A stretch of DNA of 64,000 bases. Source: a bacterium (lineage in GTDB: Bacteria; Patescibacteriota; Patescibacteriia; SBBB01). Positions 8,685 to 16,245 of this stretch are shown piece by piece (positions within the stretch are counted from its first letter, which is position 1; every line of letters starts with the position of its first letter). The stretch covers positions 8,980-72,979 of the forward strand of contig SBBB01000025.1 of the NCBI GenBank assembly GCA_005239895.1, read 5' to 3'. Both the position numbers and the translations under genes were made by a program. The notes under the pieces were generated by a model. The model was not told where the DNA came from. It searched no databases and was given only the letters and a program-made list of their open reading frames with translations.

Positions 8685-8775
8685 AAAAACAAATAATTTT
8701 GTCACTATTTTGATTTTCATAATTTTGTAGAGTATAATTATAATGTAGATATTTTTAAATTATTTAAATTTTAGT

Positions 8776-9108
8776 ATGGCTACGATTGAAGATTTTCAAA
8801 AATTAGATATTAGGGTTGGTAAAATTATGGATGTTGAAGAATTACCAAATGCTAAATACACTACACATAAGCTTACGATTGATTTTGGTGAAGAGATTGG
8901 TAAAAAAGTTTCTGGCGCTCGCGTTATTAGGTACACTAAAGATCAATTAATTGGTAAGCTTATTTTAGGTGTAGTTAATTTCCCCAATAGACAAATTGGC
9001 AAATTAAATTCTGAAGTATTGACCCTAGGTGTGCCAGACGCGAACAAAGAGTGTATTTTAATTTCACCAGATAGTAATGATGTTGTTATTGGTAGCAAAC
9101 TTTATTAA
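8776..9108 (+). CDS. tRNA-binding protein (CsaA/Trbp111/EMAP-like domain).
   Basis: FQKLDIRVGKI is the hallmark of the tRNA-binding OB domain also found at the MetRS C-terminus. Confidence 0.75.
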   Translation: MATIEDFQKLDIRVGKIMDVEELPNAKYTTHKLTIDFGEEIGKKVSGARVIRYTKDQLIGKLILGVVNFPNRQIGKLNSEVLTLGVPDANKECILISPDSNDVVIGSKLY

Positions 9109-9135
9109 ATAACAAAAATAGACTAAAAGTTTTTC

Positions 9136-9163
9136 TTGACTTACATATTGATTTGGTTATAAT
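9136..9163 (+). promoter_or_regulatory. Sigma-70-like promoter for a leaderless antitoxin-toxin transcript.
   Basis: TTGACT, a 16-nt spacer, then TATAAT. The ATG at 9173 lies ~10 nt after the -10 box, leaving no room for a Shine-Dalgarno. Confidence 0.45.
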
Positions 9164-9172
9164 ATATATTAT

Positions 9173-9427
9173 ATGGTTAGTTATATAACAAAATCAAAGA
9201 GTGTTATTACTCTTTCTAAAGAGAAATATTTACGTTTAAAACAAGAGGCTGAAGCCTATCGAATTATGGTTGCTAAAGTATTTGAGTTACCACTTAGGGA
9301 CCAGGTTGATGCAGTTATAGCAGATTTTAAAGCTACAGATCTTTATACCAAAGAATTTTTAATGGATTTAAAAGATGGTTTAAACAAATCTTCATACTCT
9401 AAGAAGTATGCAAATAAAACCCATTAG
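9173..9427 (+). CDS. Putative antitoxin, small and helical. It overlaps the downstream toxin gene by 20 nt.
   Basis: Position and size only; no recognisable antitoxin motif. Confidence 0.3.
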   Translation: MVSYITKSKSVITLSKEKYLRLKQEAEAYRIMVAKVFELPLRDQVDAVIADFKATDLYTKEFLMDLKDGLNKSSYSKKYANKTH

Positions 9428-9662
9428 AAAAGATATTGAAATGATGCTTGATAAACATGAGCTGAGGCGTAAGTGGCATAAGGCTAAATTACTATTTAGC
9501 ATTAATATTCGTCACCCCTCTTTGCATACCGAATTGCTTGAGCCTCATTGGCGTGGTATATATTCTTTTAGACTTGATAATAAATATAGAGCTTTATTTT
9601 TTATTACCGAAGGTCAGGCTGAAATTTTTAAAATTACTAAACATTATAAGAAATTAGATTAG
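9408..9662 (+). CDS. RelE/ParE-superfamily toxin-like protein.
   Basis: The C-terminal pattern P..G..S.R+...YR++F........I..I..HY (HWRGIYSFRLDNKYRALFFITEGQAEIFKITKHY) matches RelE/ParE/YoeB-type toxins. Confidence 0.5.
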   Translation: MQIKPIRKDIEMMLDKHELRRKWHKAKLLFSINIRHPSLHTELLEPHWRGIYSFRLDNKYRALFFITEGQAEIFKITKHYKKLD

Positions 9663-9697
9663 GTTTGTGATTTATATTTTTTTTTGAATATTTTTTT

Positions 9698-10221
9698 ATG
9701 AAAATATTTGTAATACGACACGGTCAAACTGAATTAAACGCAAAAAATCTCATTACTGGGCATATTGATGATGTTTTAACACCAAAAGGCATTAATCAGG
9801 CTAAAAATGCTGTACAATTTTTACCAAAAACGATTAAACGAATTTATTCGTCTTCTCTTAAGAGAGCCAAACAAATTGCTGAAATTATAAATCAAGAATT
9901 AAAAGCTCCGCTCACCTTTCATGATGAACTAAAAGAAGTTAATTTTGGAGTTTTGGGTGGAACGCCCTATTTAGATGAATATAAAAAACGACATAGAATG
10001 CTTGATTACGACTGGAGGCCATCTGGGGAAAGTTTTGAGGACGTAAAAACCAGGGTTGCAGCTTTTCTAAAAAAATTAAGAATGAGCATAAGAGCGAAGA
10101 AATATTAATAGTAGCTCATGGGGTAATTATTCGCCTTCTACATTTTCTAGAATTTAATAAACCCTTTGGAGACATTGAAAATACTGCTCTCCATAGTTTT
10201 GATTTAGATAAGATATTTAAA
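9698..10221 (+). pseudogene. Histidine phosphatase family protein (PGAM-like) with a frameshift at an A7 run.
   Basis: N-terminal RHGQTELN motif. Frame 2 ends at 10108. The conserved C-terminal EEILIVAHGVIIRLL continues in frame 1 from ~10081 to a stop at 10219-10221. An A7 homopolymer at 10068-10074 is the likely shift point. Confidence 0.55.
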
Positions 10222-10229
10222 TAAAATAT

Positions 10230-10682
10230 ATGAATGTAGAAAAGATAATTAGGGAGTATTTATCACAAGTAATTCATTTATCGCTTGGAACTTGTAAAGA
10301 TAATCAGCCGTGGGTTTCAGAAGTTCATTTTGCTTATGATAATGATCTCAACCTTTATTTTCGTTCCACAATAAATCGTAGGCATAGTATAGAAATTGCA
10401 TCCAATCCAAATGTTGCAGGAAATATTATTACTCAACACCAAATCAACGAAAAACCTCGTGGTGTTTATTTTGAAGGTATAGCTGAGCGTTTAGTTAATA
10501 TTGATGAAAATCACCCTGCATATGTTCTATACTGCGAGCGTTTTGACACTGGGCTTGAAATATTAAGAGAGAGTAAAATAGATACTGGTCATCATTTTTA
10601 TAAAATTACAGTGAAAACTTTTTATTTATTTGATAGTCGTGAATCTCGTCCAAGTAAAAAATATGAACTTAAGTGGAATTAA
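10230..10682 (+). CDS. Pyridoxamine 5'-phosphate oxidase-like (FMN-binding split-barrel) family protein.
   Basis: Size and the pattern LGTCKDNQPWVSEVHFAYDNDLNLYFRSTINRRHSIEIASNPNVAG are typical of PNPOx-like/general stress protein 26 folds. Confidence 0.45.
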   Translation: MNVEKIIREYLSQVIHLSLGTCKDNQPWVSEVHFAYDNDLNLYFRSTINRRHSIEIASNPNVAGNIITQHQINEKPRGVYFEGIAERLVNIDENHPAYVLYCERFDTGLEILRESKIDTGHHFYKITVKTFYLFDSRESRPSKKYELKWN

Positions 10683-10822
10683 AATAAAGATTATTTTTTA
10701 ATTTGTTTCTTTTAGTCATTCCATCTCAGATCAGGTAGATGGTAAACTCCTACTGGAACCTAGTTTTATTATACATTACTTGGAAGTCGGACCTCCCAGT
10801 TGACAATCCCCGCCCCATTCCT

Positions 10823-10847
10823 GTCATTCCCGCGAAGGCGGGAATCC
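10823..10847. repeat. GC-rich inverted-repeat module GTCATTCCCGCGAAGGCGGGAATCC; left flank of the third GIY-YIG gene.
   Basis: Palindrome seen directly. The inverse copies GGGAATGACAGG sit at 11220-11228 and 11238-11249. Confidence 0.7.
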
Positions 10848-10859
10848 AGGTTATCAAAT

Positions 10860-11129
10860 ATGAACACCTATTATGTATATATTTTAACCAATAAAAGAAA
10901 TGGAACATTGTATATTGGTATAACTAATAATTTGGAACGACATGTGTCTGAACATCAGCTAGGATTAGTAAGTGGATTTACCAAACAATATGATATTTAT
11001 CATATTGTTTGGTACGAAACAACAAATAGTATAGAAGCAGCTCTACAAAGAGAAAAACAATTAAAAAATGGAACAGAAAATGGAAGCTTAACCTTATTGA
11101 AAAAGAGAATCCTCTTTGGAAAGATTTAA
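10860..11129 (+). CDS. Small GIY-YIG nuclease-domain protein (third copy).
   Basis: MNTYYVYILTNKRNGTLYIGITNNLERHVSEHQ. The listed ORF start at 10800 lies inside the repeat module, so the internal ATG at 10860 is preferred. Confidence 0.7.
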   Translation: MNTYYVYILTNKRNGTLYIGITNNLERHVSEHQLGLVSGFTKQYDIYHIVWYETTNSIEAALQREKQLKNGTENGSLTLLKKRILFGKI

Positions 11130-11199
11130 CTACAGGATTACAGTTGTAAGCTGTATATTAATATTCGTTGAAACAGTAGTTATCGGTGTACACGCTCTT

Positions 11200-11249
11200 G
11201 GATTCCCGACCAAGTCGGGAATGACAGGGGTAAACGCGGGAATGACAGG
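11200..11249. repeat. Right-flank inverted-repeat modules: GGATTCCCGACCAAGTCGGGAATGACAGG and CGCGGGAATGACAGG.
   Basis: These are reverse complements of the CCTGTCATTCCCG motif at 10821-10833. Confidence 0.7.
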
Positions 11250-11315
11250 AGAAGCAACGATATTTTATCATTCAGTGATGCATTATGACTTGAATTCAGC
11301 GAGTATAAGGATATA

Positions 11316-11382
11316 TTGTAACTAGAAGTTTTGTTATGGTATAATATTGGGTATTCCCAAATTGTGAGGGAAAAATCACAAT
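11316..11382 (+). promoter_or_regulatory. Promoter (-35 TTGTAA, -10 TATAAT) with a downstream operator-like palindrome ATTGTGA-N8-TCACAAT.
   Basis: TTGTAA at 11316-11321, an 18-nt spacer, TATAAT at 11340-11345. The palindrome at 11362-11382 lies between the -10 box and the RBS AGGAGA. Confidence 0.4.
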
Positions 11383-11404
11383 AAAAATGTTTTTAGGAGA
11401 AGCA

Positions 11405-11644
11405 ATGAAAAAAGATAAACAAGGATGTAAAAAGTGCCAAGTAGTCGTTATCATTAATGACGACGTGGTTGATTTTAAGGTGTACGGTGATCAACCTGAC
11501 GAGCTGCAAAAAACTTTCAAGAGGATATGTCAAAGAAAAATCATAGAGTTTACAGTGGCTTCTAATGCTACTAACAAAGATGTTGTAAAAGCTGCACGGA
11601 GTTCTCTAGAAGAGCATCTTACTGAAGATGAAATTGGATTCTAA
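11405..11644 (+). CDS. Small hypothetical protein (80 aa).
   Basis: RBS AGGAGA 5 nt upstream of the ATG at 11405; MKKDKQGCKKCQVVVIINDDV. Confidence 0.4.
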   Translation: MKKDKQGCKKCQVVVIINDDVVDFKVYGDQPDELQKTFKRICQRKIIEFTVASNATNKDVVKAARSSLEEHLTEDEIGF

Positions 11645-11762
11645 AAAAGAATAACAGTAATTTTTTAAAAGTTTTTGAAAATTTAGAGCCAGTCCTTAAG
11701 AGCCGTAGTCTTTATCAAATAGGATGTTCTCTGTTTTATCTTAATTATAGTAATTTATACGT

Positions 11763-11805
11763 GCCTGCCCTAACAATCAATATATAGGGCAGGCTTTGAT
11801 TTGTG
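11763..11805. terminator. Bidirectional terminator hairpin between convergent genes.
   Basis: 10-bp perfect stem GCCTGCCCTA...TAGGGCAGGC followed by TTTGATTTGTG. Confidence 0.55.
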
Positions 11806-11819
11806 CAATTGGGTTACAT

Positions 11820-12581
11820 TTAGATAGCGGGTTGCGGGTAAAACCTTTTGATTAATTGTGCTAATTTATTACAGTGGATTTGCCCCGGAGCAGTTGGCTT
11901 ATTACCTACGTAGGCGTAAGTCATGGGTGAACCTCCCAATACTGGAAAAAATACCCTAGACAAACTGCCAATCGGTCCCATGGCAATGGGTAGTAGTCTG
12001 TGTTTTTTATTAGTCAGGGTGAATTTGATTAACCTTTGAATATCGCTGTGGTTTTTTACTAATGTTGCTATCTTAACCATGTGAGCACTAGCAGTGCGCG
12101 CTTCCTTAAAGATGCGATTTAATTCCGCGATAGATGGCGTTCCATCAAAATTGTGGTAAGAAATGATTACTTTTTTCATGCTACAGTCGCACGAAGCGAT
12201 CAAAGTTCTTGACCTCTTTTTTGTTGATTCGTTTTGTATAGTTGATAGCTCGATGTCAATTATATTGACTTCAGAAGCTATCTCTTGAAAAAGTTCAAGT
12301 CGTTGTGTTTCTGATAGACCCCAACTACCGCCTTCTGTTTTAGATCTGATAGTAGCAATACTTGGATAACCTTTAAACTGATTCAAGACCCTTAAGACAT
12401 GTTCAGTCTTAAAGGATGTAAAATGATCGATTCGCCACTCTATGATATCAAATTTAGCAGATTCAATTAGAGCTTGATCAGTTGAGTCGTCTATTGAAAT
12501 AACAATTTTTGGTATTTCATCTCGTCCAATTCTTCCAGATCCAAACAGGCTTTCTAGGGTTTCACGTTTCTCTGTATTCAT
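11820..12581 (-). CDS. aroD: 3-dehydroquinate dehydratase, type I.
   Basis: IVISIDDS..DIIEWRIDHF, ATIRSKTEGG and VIISYHNFDGTP match the type I DHQase pattern. Confidence 0.7.
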   Translation of the reverse strand: MNTEKRETLESLFGSGRIGRDEIPKIVISIDDSTDQALIESAKFDIIEWRIDHFTSFKTEHVLRVLNQFKGYPSIATIRSKTEGGSWGLSETQRLELFQEIASEVNIIDIELSTIQNESTKKRSRTLIASCDCSMKKVIISYHNFDGTPSIAELNRIFKEARTASAHMVKIATLVKNHSDIQRLIKFTLTNKKHRLLPIAMGPIGSLSRVFFPVLGGSPMTYAYVGNKPTAPGQIHCNKLAQLIKRFYPQPAI

Positions 12582-12711
12582 CTCACACCTCCTAAAAGTT
12601 AATTTTTTTTACTTACTATTATAAGTAATATATATATTTATATTGATTTTGTCAAAGAGAGTATTTTCTGATAGTATAATTTAAGTATTTATTAAAAGTA
12701 TTTATTAAATT

Positions 12712-13674
12712 ATGACCAACCCGAAAACAGTTTTAGTTACAGGATGCGCTGGTTTTATTGGGAGCAATTTCGTACAGCAGTTTAAAAATCAATATCCTAA
12801 AACAAAAATTATTGGTATAGATAATTTTTCAACTGGTAGAAAAGATGCGCTGGATTCTTCGGTTATTTTTTATAGAGGATCAATTTTAGACGCCAAACTT
12901 TTAGACAAGATTTTTTTTACTCATAAACCCGAATATGTTTTTCATTTTGCAGCTTTGCCAAGGGTTTCTTATTCAGTTGAGCATCCTCGTCAAACGAGTG
13001 AAGTTAATATATTAGGAACAGTGGCTTTATTAGAAATGTCTAAAAAATATAAGGTCAAAAGGTTTATTTATTCTTCTACATCTGCTGTTTATGGTAATGC
13101 TAAGCAATTGCCAACCAAAGAATCAGAGAATCATCCTGATCCGAAATCTCCTTACGCAATTCAAAAATGTGCTGGCGAATATTTTTGTAAATTATTTAGT
13201 GAATTATTAGGGTTAGATACGGTTTGTTTGCGTTATTTCAATATTTTTGGACCCGGTCAGTATGGTGATTCACCCTATTCTACAGTTGTATCAGCTTGGT
13301 TAGAAGCTATCTATTTTCCAAAAAACAAAAAAGCTTTTATTGAAGGCGATGGTAATCAGTCCAGAGATTTCTCTTATGTAGATAATATAGTTTTAGCAAA
13401 TATTTTAGCCATGGAATCAAAAAAGGATTTAGGTGGTGAGATATTGAATATTTCTGATGGATGCAAAATAACGATTAATAAAATTAAAAAATTAATAGAA
13501 AAATATACACACCAAGAATTGATATTAGAAAAACGTCCGTCAAGATTGGGAGACGTGAGGCGTACTCAGGCTGATATTGTTAAAGCTAAAAAACTTTTAG
13601 GCTATAATCCGCAAGTAAATTTTGAGGAAGGGATTAAAAAAACCATTCAATGGTTTGAATTACGCAAGATATAA
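12712..13674 (+). CDS. NAD-dependent epimerase/dehydratase (UDP-sugar 4-epimerase/dehydratase family).
   Basis: GCAGFIGSN Rossmann motif; YxxxK catalytic pair in YAIQKCAGEY. Confidence 0.8.
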   Translation: MTNPKTVLVTGCAGFIGSNFVQQFKNQYPKTKIIGIDNFSTGRKDALDSSVIFYRGSILDAKLLDKIFFTHKPEYVFHFAALPRVSYSVEHPRQTSEVNILGTVALLEMSKKYKVKRFIYSSTSAVYGNAKQLPTKESENHPDPKSPYAIQKCAGEYFCKLFSELLGLDTVCLRYFNIFGPGQYGDSPYSTVVSAWLEAIYFPKNKKAFIEGDGNQSRDFSYVDNIVLANILAMESKKDLGGEILNISDGCKITINKIKKLIEKYTHQELILEKRPSRLGDVRRTQADIVKAKKLLGYNPQVNFEEGIKKTIQWFELRKI

Positions 13675-13693
13675 ATGATTTATTAGAGCTGTT

Positions 13694-14458
13694 TTACTCC
13701 AGAAAAAGTAACATATACATAGCGAGTAGTCCAGTTCCAATGCCAGCAATTTCAGGTATTAAATTTTTATTTTTTCCGTGTTTATGAAGTTCGGGTACGA
13801 GATCCGAGCTGGCAATATAAATAAATACTCCGGCTGCGAAGGGAATAATTTTAGGAATTAGTTGTTCGGAGAAAGATCCAAAAATAAGAACTAGTCCCGC
13901 GCCAGCGATAGCTGTAAGGGCCGACAATAAATTATATAAAAGAGCTGTACTTCTTTTAAATCCAGCGTAAATAAGTATTCCAAAGTCTCCAATTTCTTGA
14001 GGAATTTCATGAGCGATAATAGCAAGAGTGGTCGCTATTCCAACCTCAATACTTACAAGATAACTTACTCCTATAATAATTCCATCTAAAAAATTATGTA
14101 ATCCGTCGGAGATAAGGATCAAACTGGCAAGATGTTTTTGGGGTTGAACCTGTTCAGTTTGAATACATTGAATATCCACTGAATGATGATGCCATCTTAG
14201 AAATTTTTCAAGAAAAAAGAATAAAATTATACCTAAGATAATCAGGGCCGAGGTACTTGTGGTTTCATTTGAACTTTCGAACGACTTTGGAATGAGATGA
14301 AAAAACACATCACCGAGAAGAGCCCCAACTGCAAGTGGAACAAGAAATACTAAGGTTTTCATTAGTTGTTTTTGTTGAATAGATATAATAAATGTGCCTA
14401 GTAGCGAAATAAAACTTACAAGTAAAACGCTTCCCAAAATATAAGACGTAGTATCCAT
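13694..14458 (-). CDS. zupT: ZIP-family zinc transporter.
   Basis: HNFLDGIIIG and AHEIPQEIGDFGIL are ZupT hallmarks. Confidence 0.8.
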   Translation of the reverse strand: MDTTSYILGSVLLVSFISLLGTFIISIQQKQLMKTLVFLVPLAVGALLGDVFFHLIPKSFESSNETTSTSALIILGIILFFFLEKFLRWHHHSVDIQCIQTEQVQPQKHLASLILISDGLHNFLDGIIIGVSYLVSIEVGIATTLAIIAHEIPQEIGDFGILIYAGFKRSTALLYNLLSALTAIAGAGLVLIFGSFSEQLIPKIIPFAAGVFIYIASSDLVPELHKHGKNKNLIPEIAGIGTGLLAMYMLLFLE

Positions 14459-14464
14459 AATATA

Positions 14465-14481
14465 TTTAAAGATTCTTTAAA
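14465..14481. promoter_or_regulatory. 17-bp perfect palindrome TTTAAAGATTCTTTAAA, 7 nt upstream of the zupT start.
   Basis: Seen directly. Sitting in front of a metal transporter, it is a candidate metalloregulator operator. Confidence 0.3.
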
Positions 14482-14688
14482 TTTTTGATTTCATTATGAT
14501 TTTATAGTATTAAACTGTATAAGTCAATTTAAAATGTAAATTCAAGGTATATTTAGAGCGTATAATTAGGTATTGATATTTAAGGTGGTTTGTATTATGC
14601 TTTTTATAGGGTCTAGTTTGGGTAGTTGGGTTTTTGGATCACACTAAAATAGTAACATTCTAGAAGAAACTAGAAGAAAGGAGGTTTT

Positions 14689-15219
14689 GTGTTTTGGAAT
14701 CCAAAGGGTATTTTAGTAAGCGGAATATATATTCCCAATATATCAGATGCTGATTTGAGCATTAAGATATTAGGGAATCCGCCTGATCAATTCGGCAGTT
14801 TATCGCGTATGGTTTTTGAAATGGTTAGCCGCGGTGTTGCTGGTTCACTTCAAGATACAACTATTTATGGCAATTTTGGAAGTAAAACTTCCGATGAAAT
14901 GAAAGAATATATTTTAAAGAATATTGGGCTGGTGGTGCAGTTTCCACGCATACTTGATTGTATGTATGAAGATCAAAGAGAGCGTACACTGTGTCTGTTA
15001 GAAAGGATATTTTCTAGACACGTTGTCTATGATACGAAATATACAAATGTGACCGAAGAAATACACTCAGCAGTTGATAGGTTTAAGGATCATGGATGTA
15101 TGTTAATTTGTTATATTGCCGACAGGTCAAGCGTTAAATTATGTTTAGAAGCTTTAGAAAAGGCTAAATTAGACGGCATTGTTCCTTCGCAGCAAATGTG
15201 GTACCTTACCACACCTTAA
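14689..15219 (+). CDS. Hypothetical protein (GTG start).
   Basis: RBS AAGGAGG 4 nt upstream of the GTG; no recognisable domain. Confidence 0.35.
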   Translation: MFWNPKGILVSGIYIPNISDADLSIKILGNPPDQFGSLSRMVFEMVSRGVAGSLQDTTIYGNFGSKTSDEMKEYILKNIGLVVQFPRILDCMYEDQRERTLCLLERIFSRHVVYDTKYTNVTEEIHSAVDRFKDHGCMLICYIADRSSVKLCLEALEKAKLDGIVPSQQMWYLTTP

Positions 15220-15224
15220 TCCCC

Positions 15225-15252
15225 GGCTCGTTGTTAAACAAAAAAACGAGCC
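15225..15252. terminator. Bidirectional terminator hairpin between convergent genes.
   Basis: GGCTCGTT-gttaaacaaaaa-AACGAGCC. Confidence 0.5.
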
Positions 15253-15261
15253 AGGGAGGAT

Positions 15262-15825
15262 TTATATTTTAAAAAGTTGGTTTTCAAAATCTTTTTTAAA
15301 TTGGGGGTCAAAACGAGCTCGTAATAATGTATTTGTAAATTTTGTTCTAGACAGCAAAGGATTATCAGCGAGATTAAGAAACTCTTCAAAATCAATAAGG
15401 CGAGTTGAGATTTTTTCACCTGCGTCTAATTTTTGTTCTTGAGTTTTAATGCAATTTTTAGCTATATAGGTATAAATTGTCCATTCAATTTTACCAACCG
15501 GAGATTCTTCTTGAAATAGTGTCCAGTCATTAGACGTGTATCCAGTTTCTTCCAATAATTCTCGCTTAGCGGTTGCGAGAGAATCCTCCCCTTGTTCTGA
15601 TCGTCCACAGGGAAATGTGTTTAATCTTTTAAGGTGTCCAGGTTGTTCTTCGGTTTGTATTAAAATTTTATTTCCAACAATTGGAACGATCATGGACGTA
15701 TTGGGTCTTTTGAGTCGTTCAAAAATTTCAACACCTCCATCGTACATTTTTTGTTCCCACTGCCAAACTTCAAAGATTACTCCTTTAAAAACACATTTGG
15801 CATTGTCTGGTATTTTATTAGTCAT
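15262..15825 (-). CDS. NUDIX hydrolase.
   Basis: Nudix box GRSEQGEDSLATAKRELLEETGY. Confidence 0.75.
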   Translation of the reverse strand: MTNKIPDNAKCVFKGVIFEVWQWEQKMYDGGVEIFERLKRPNTSMIVPIVGNKILIQTEEQPGHLKRLNTFPCGRSEQGEDSLATAKRELLEETGYTSNDWTLFQEESPVGKIEWTIYTYIAKNCIKTQEQKLDAGEKISTRLIDFEEFLNLADNPLLSRTKFTNTLLRARFDPQFKKDFENQLFKI

Positions 15826-16082
15826 ATTTTATTTAATAATATAGCATAAAATAATTTGGTGCAATATTTAGTATCTGTATTTAGTATGTTTAGTATGTAT
15901 TGTGGCTAACTATTCGCTATAGCGTAAACTTAGCCACACATTGCTTATCGTTTTTATTTAATATACTTACGCTTATTTTTTTGTTATTTCTAGCCCCTCT
16001 GGGCGAATGCCTGATCGTGGGTGGGAACGACAGAAAGAGAAACAGGAATGACAAAAACAGTATTTTATCCAAATGTGTAACT

Positions 16083-16143
16083 CCCTCAATGTTTAGGAGT
16101 TGAACTCCTAAACATTGAGTTGAACTCCTAAACATTGAGGGGC
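16083..16143. repeat. Palindromic element CCTCAATGTTTAGGAGTTGAACTCCTAAACATTGAGG with a 20-bp internal tandem duplication.
   Basis: TTGAACTCCTAAACATTGAG occurs twice in tandem. The core is identical to the palindrome at 61890-61918. Confidence 0.8.
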
Positions 16144-16245
16144 ATTATACAGGCTATGGACATTAAGTGTTAAAATATATATAATATGTATTTAGTGTTA
16201 TTATAAATTTTCAACTTTCAATTTTTTACTTTCTAATTTTATTTT

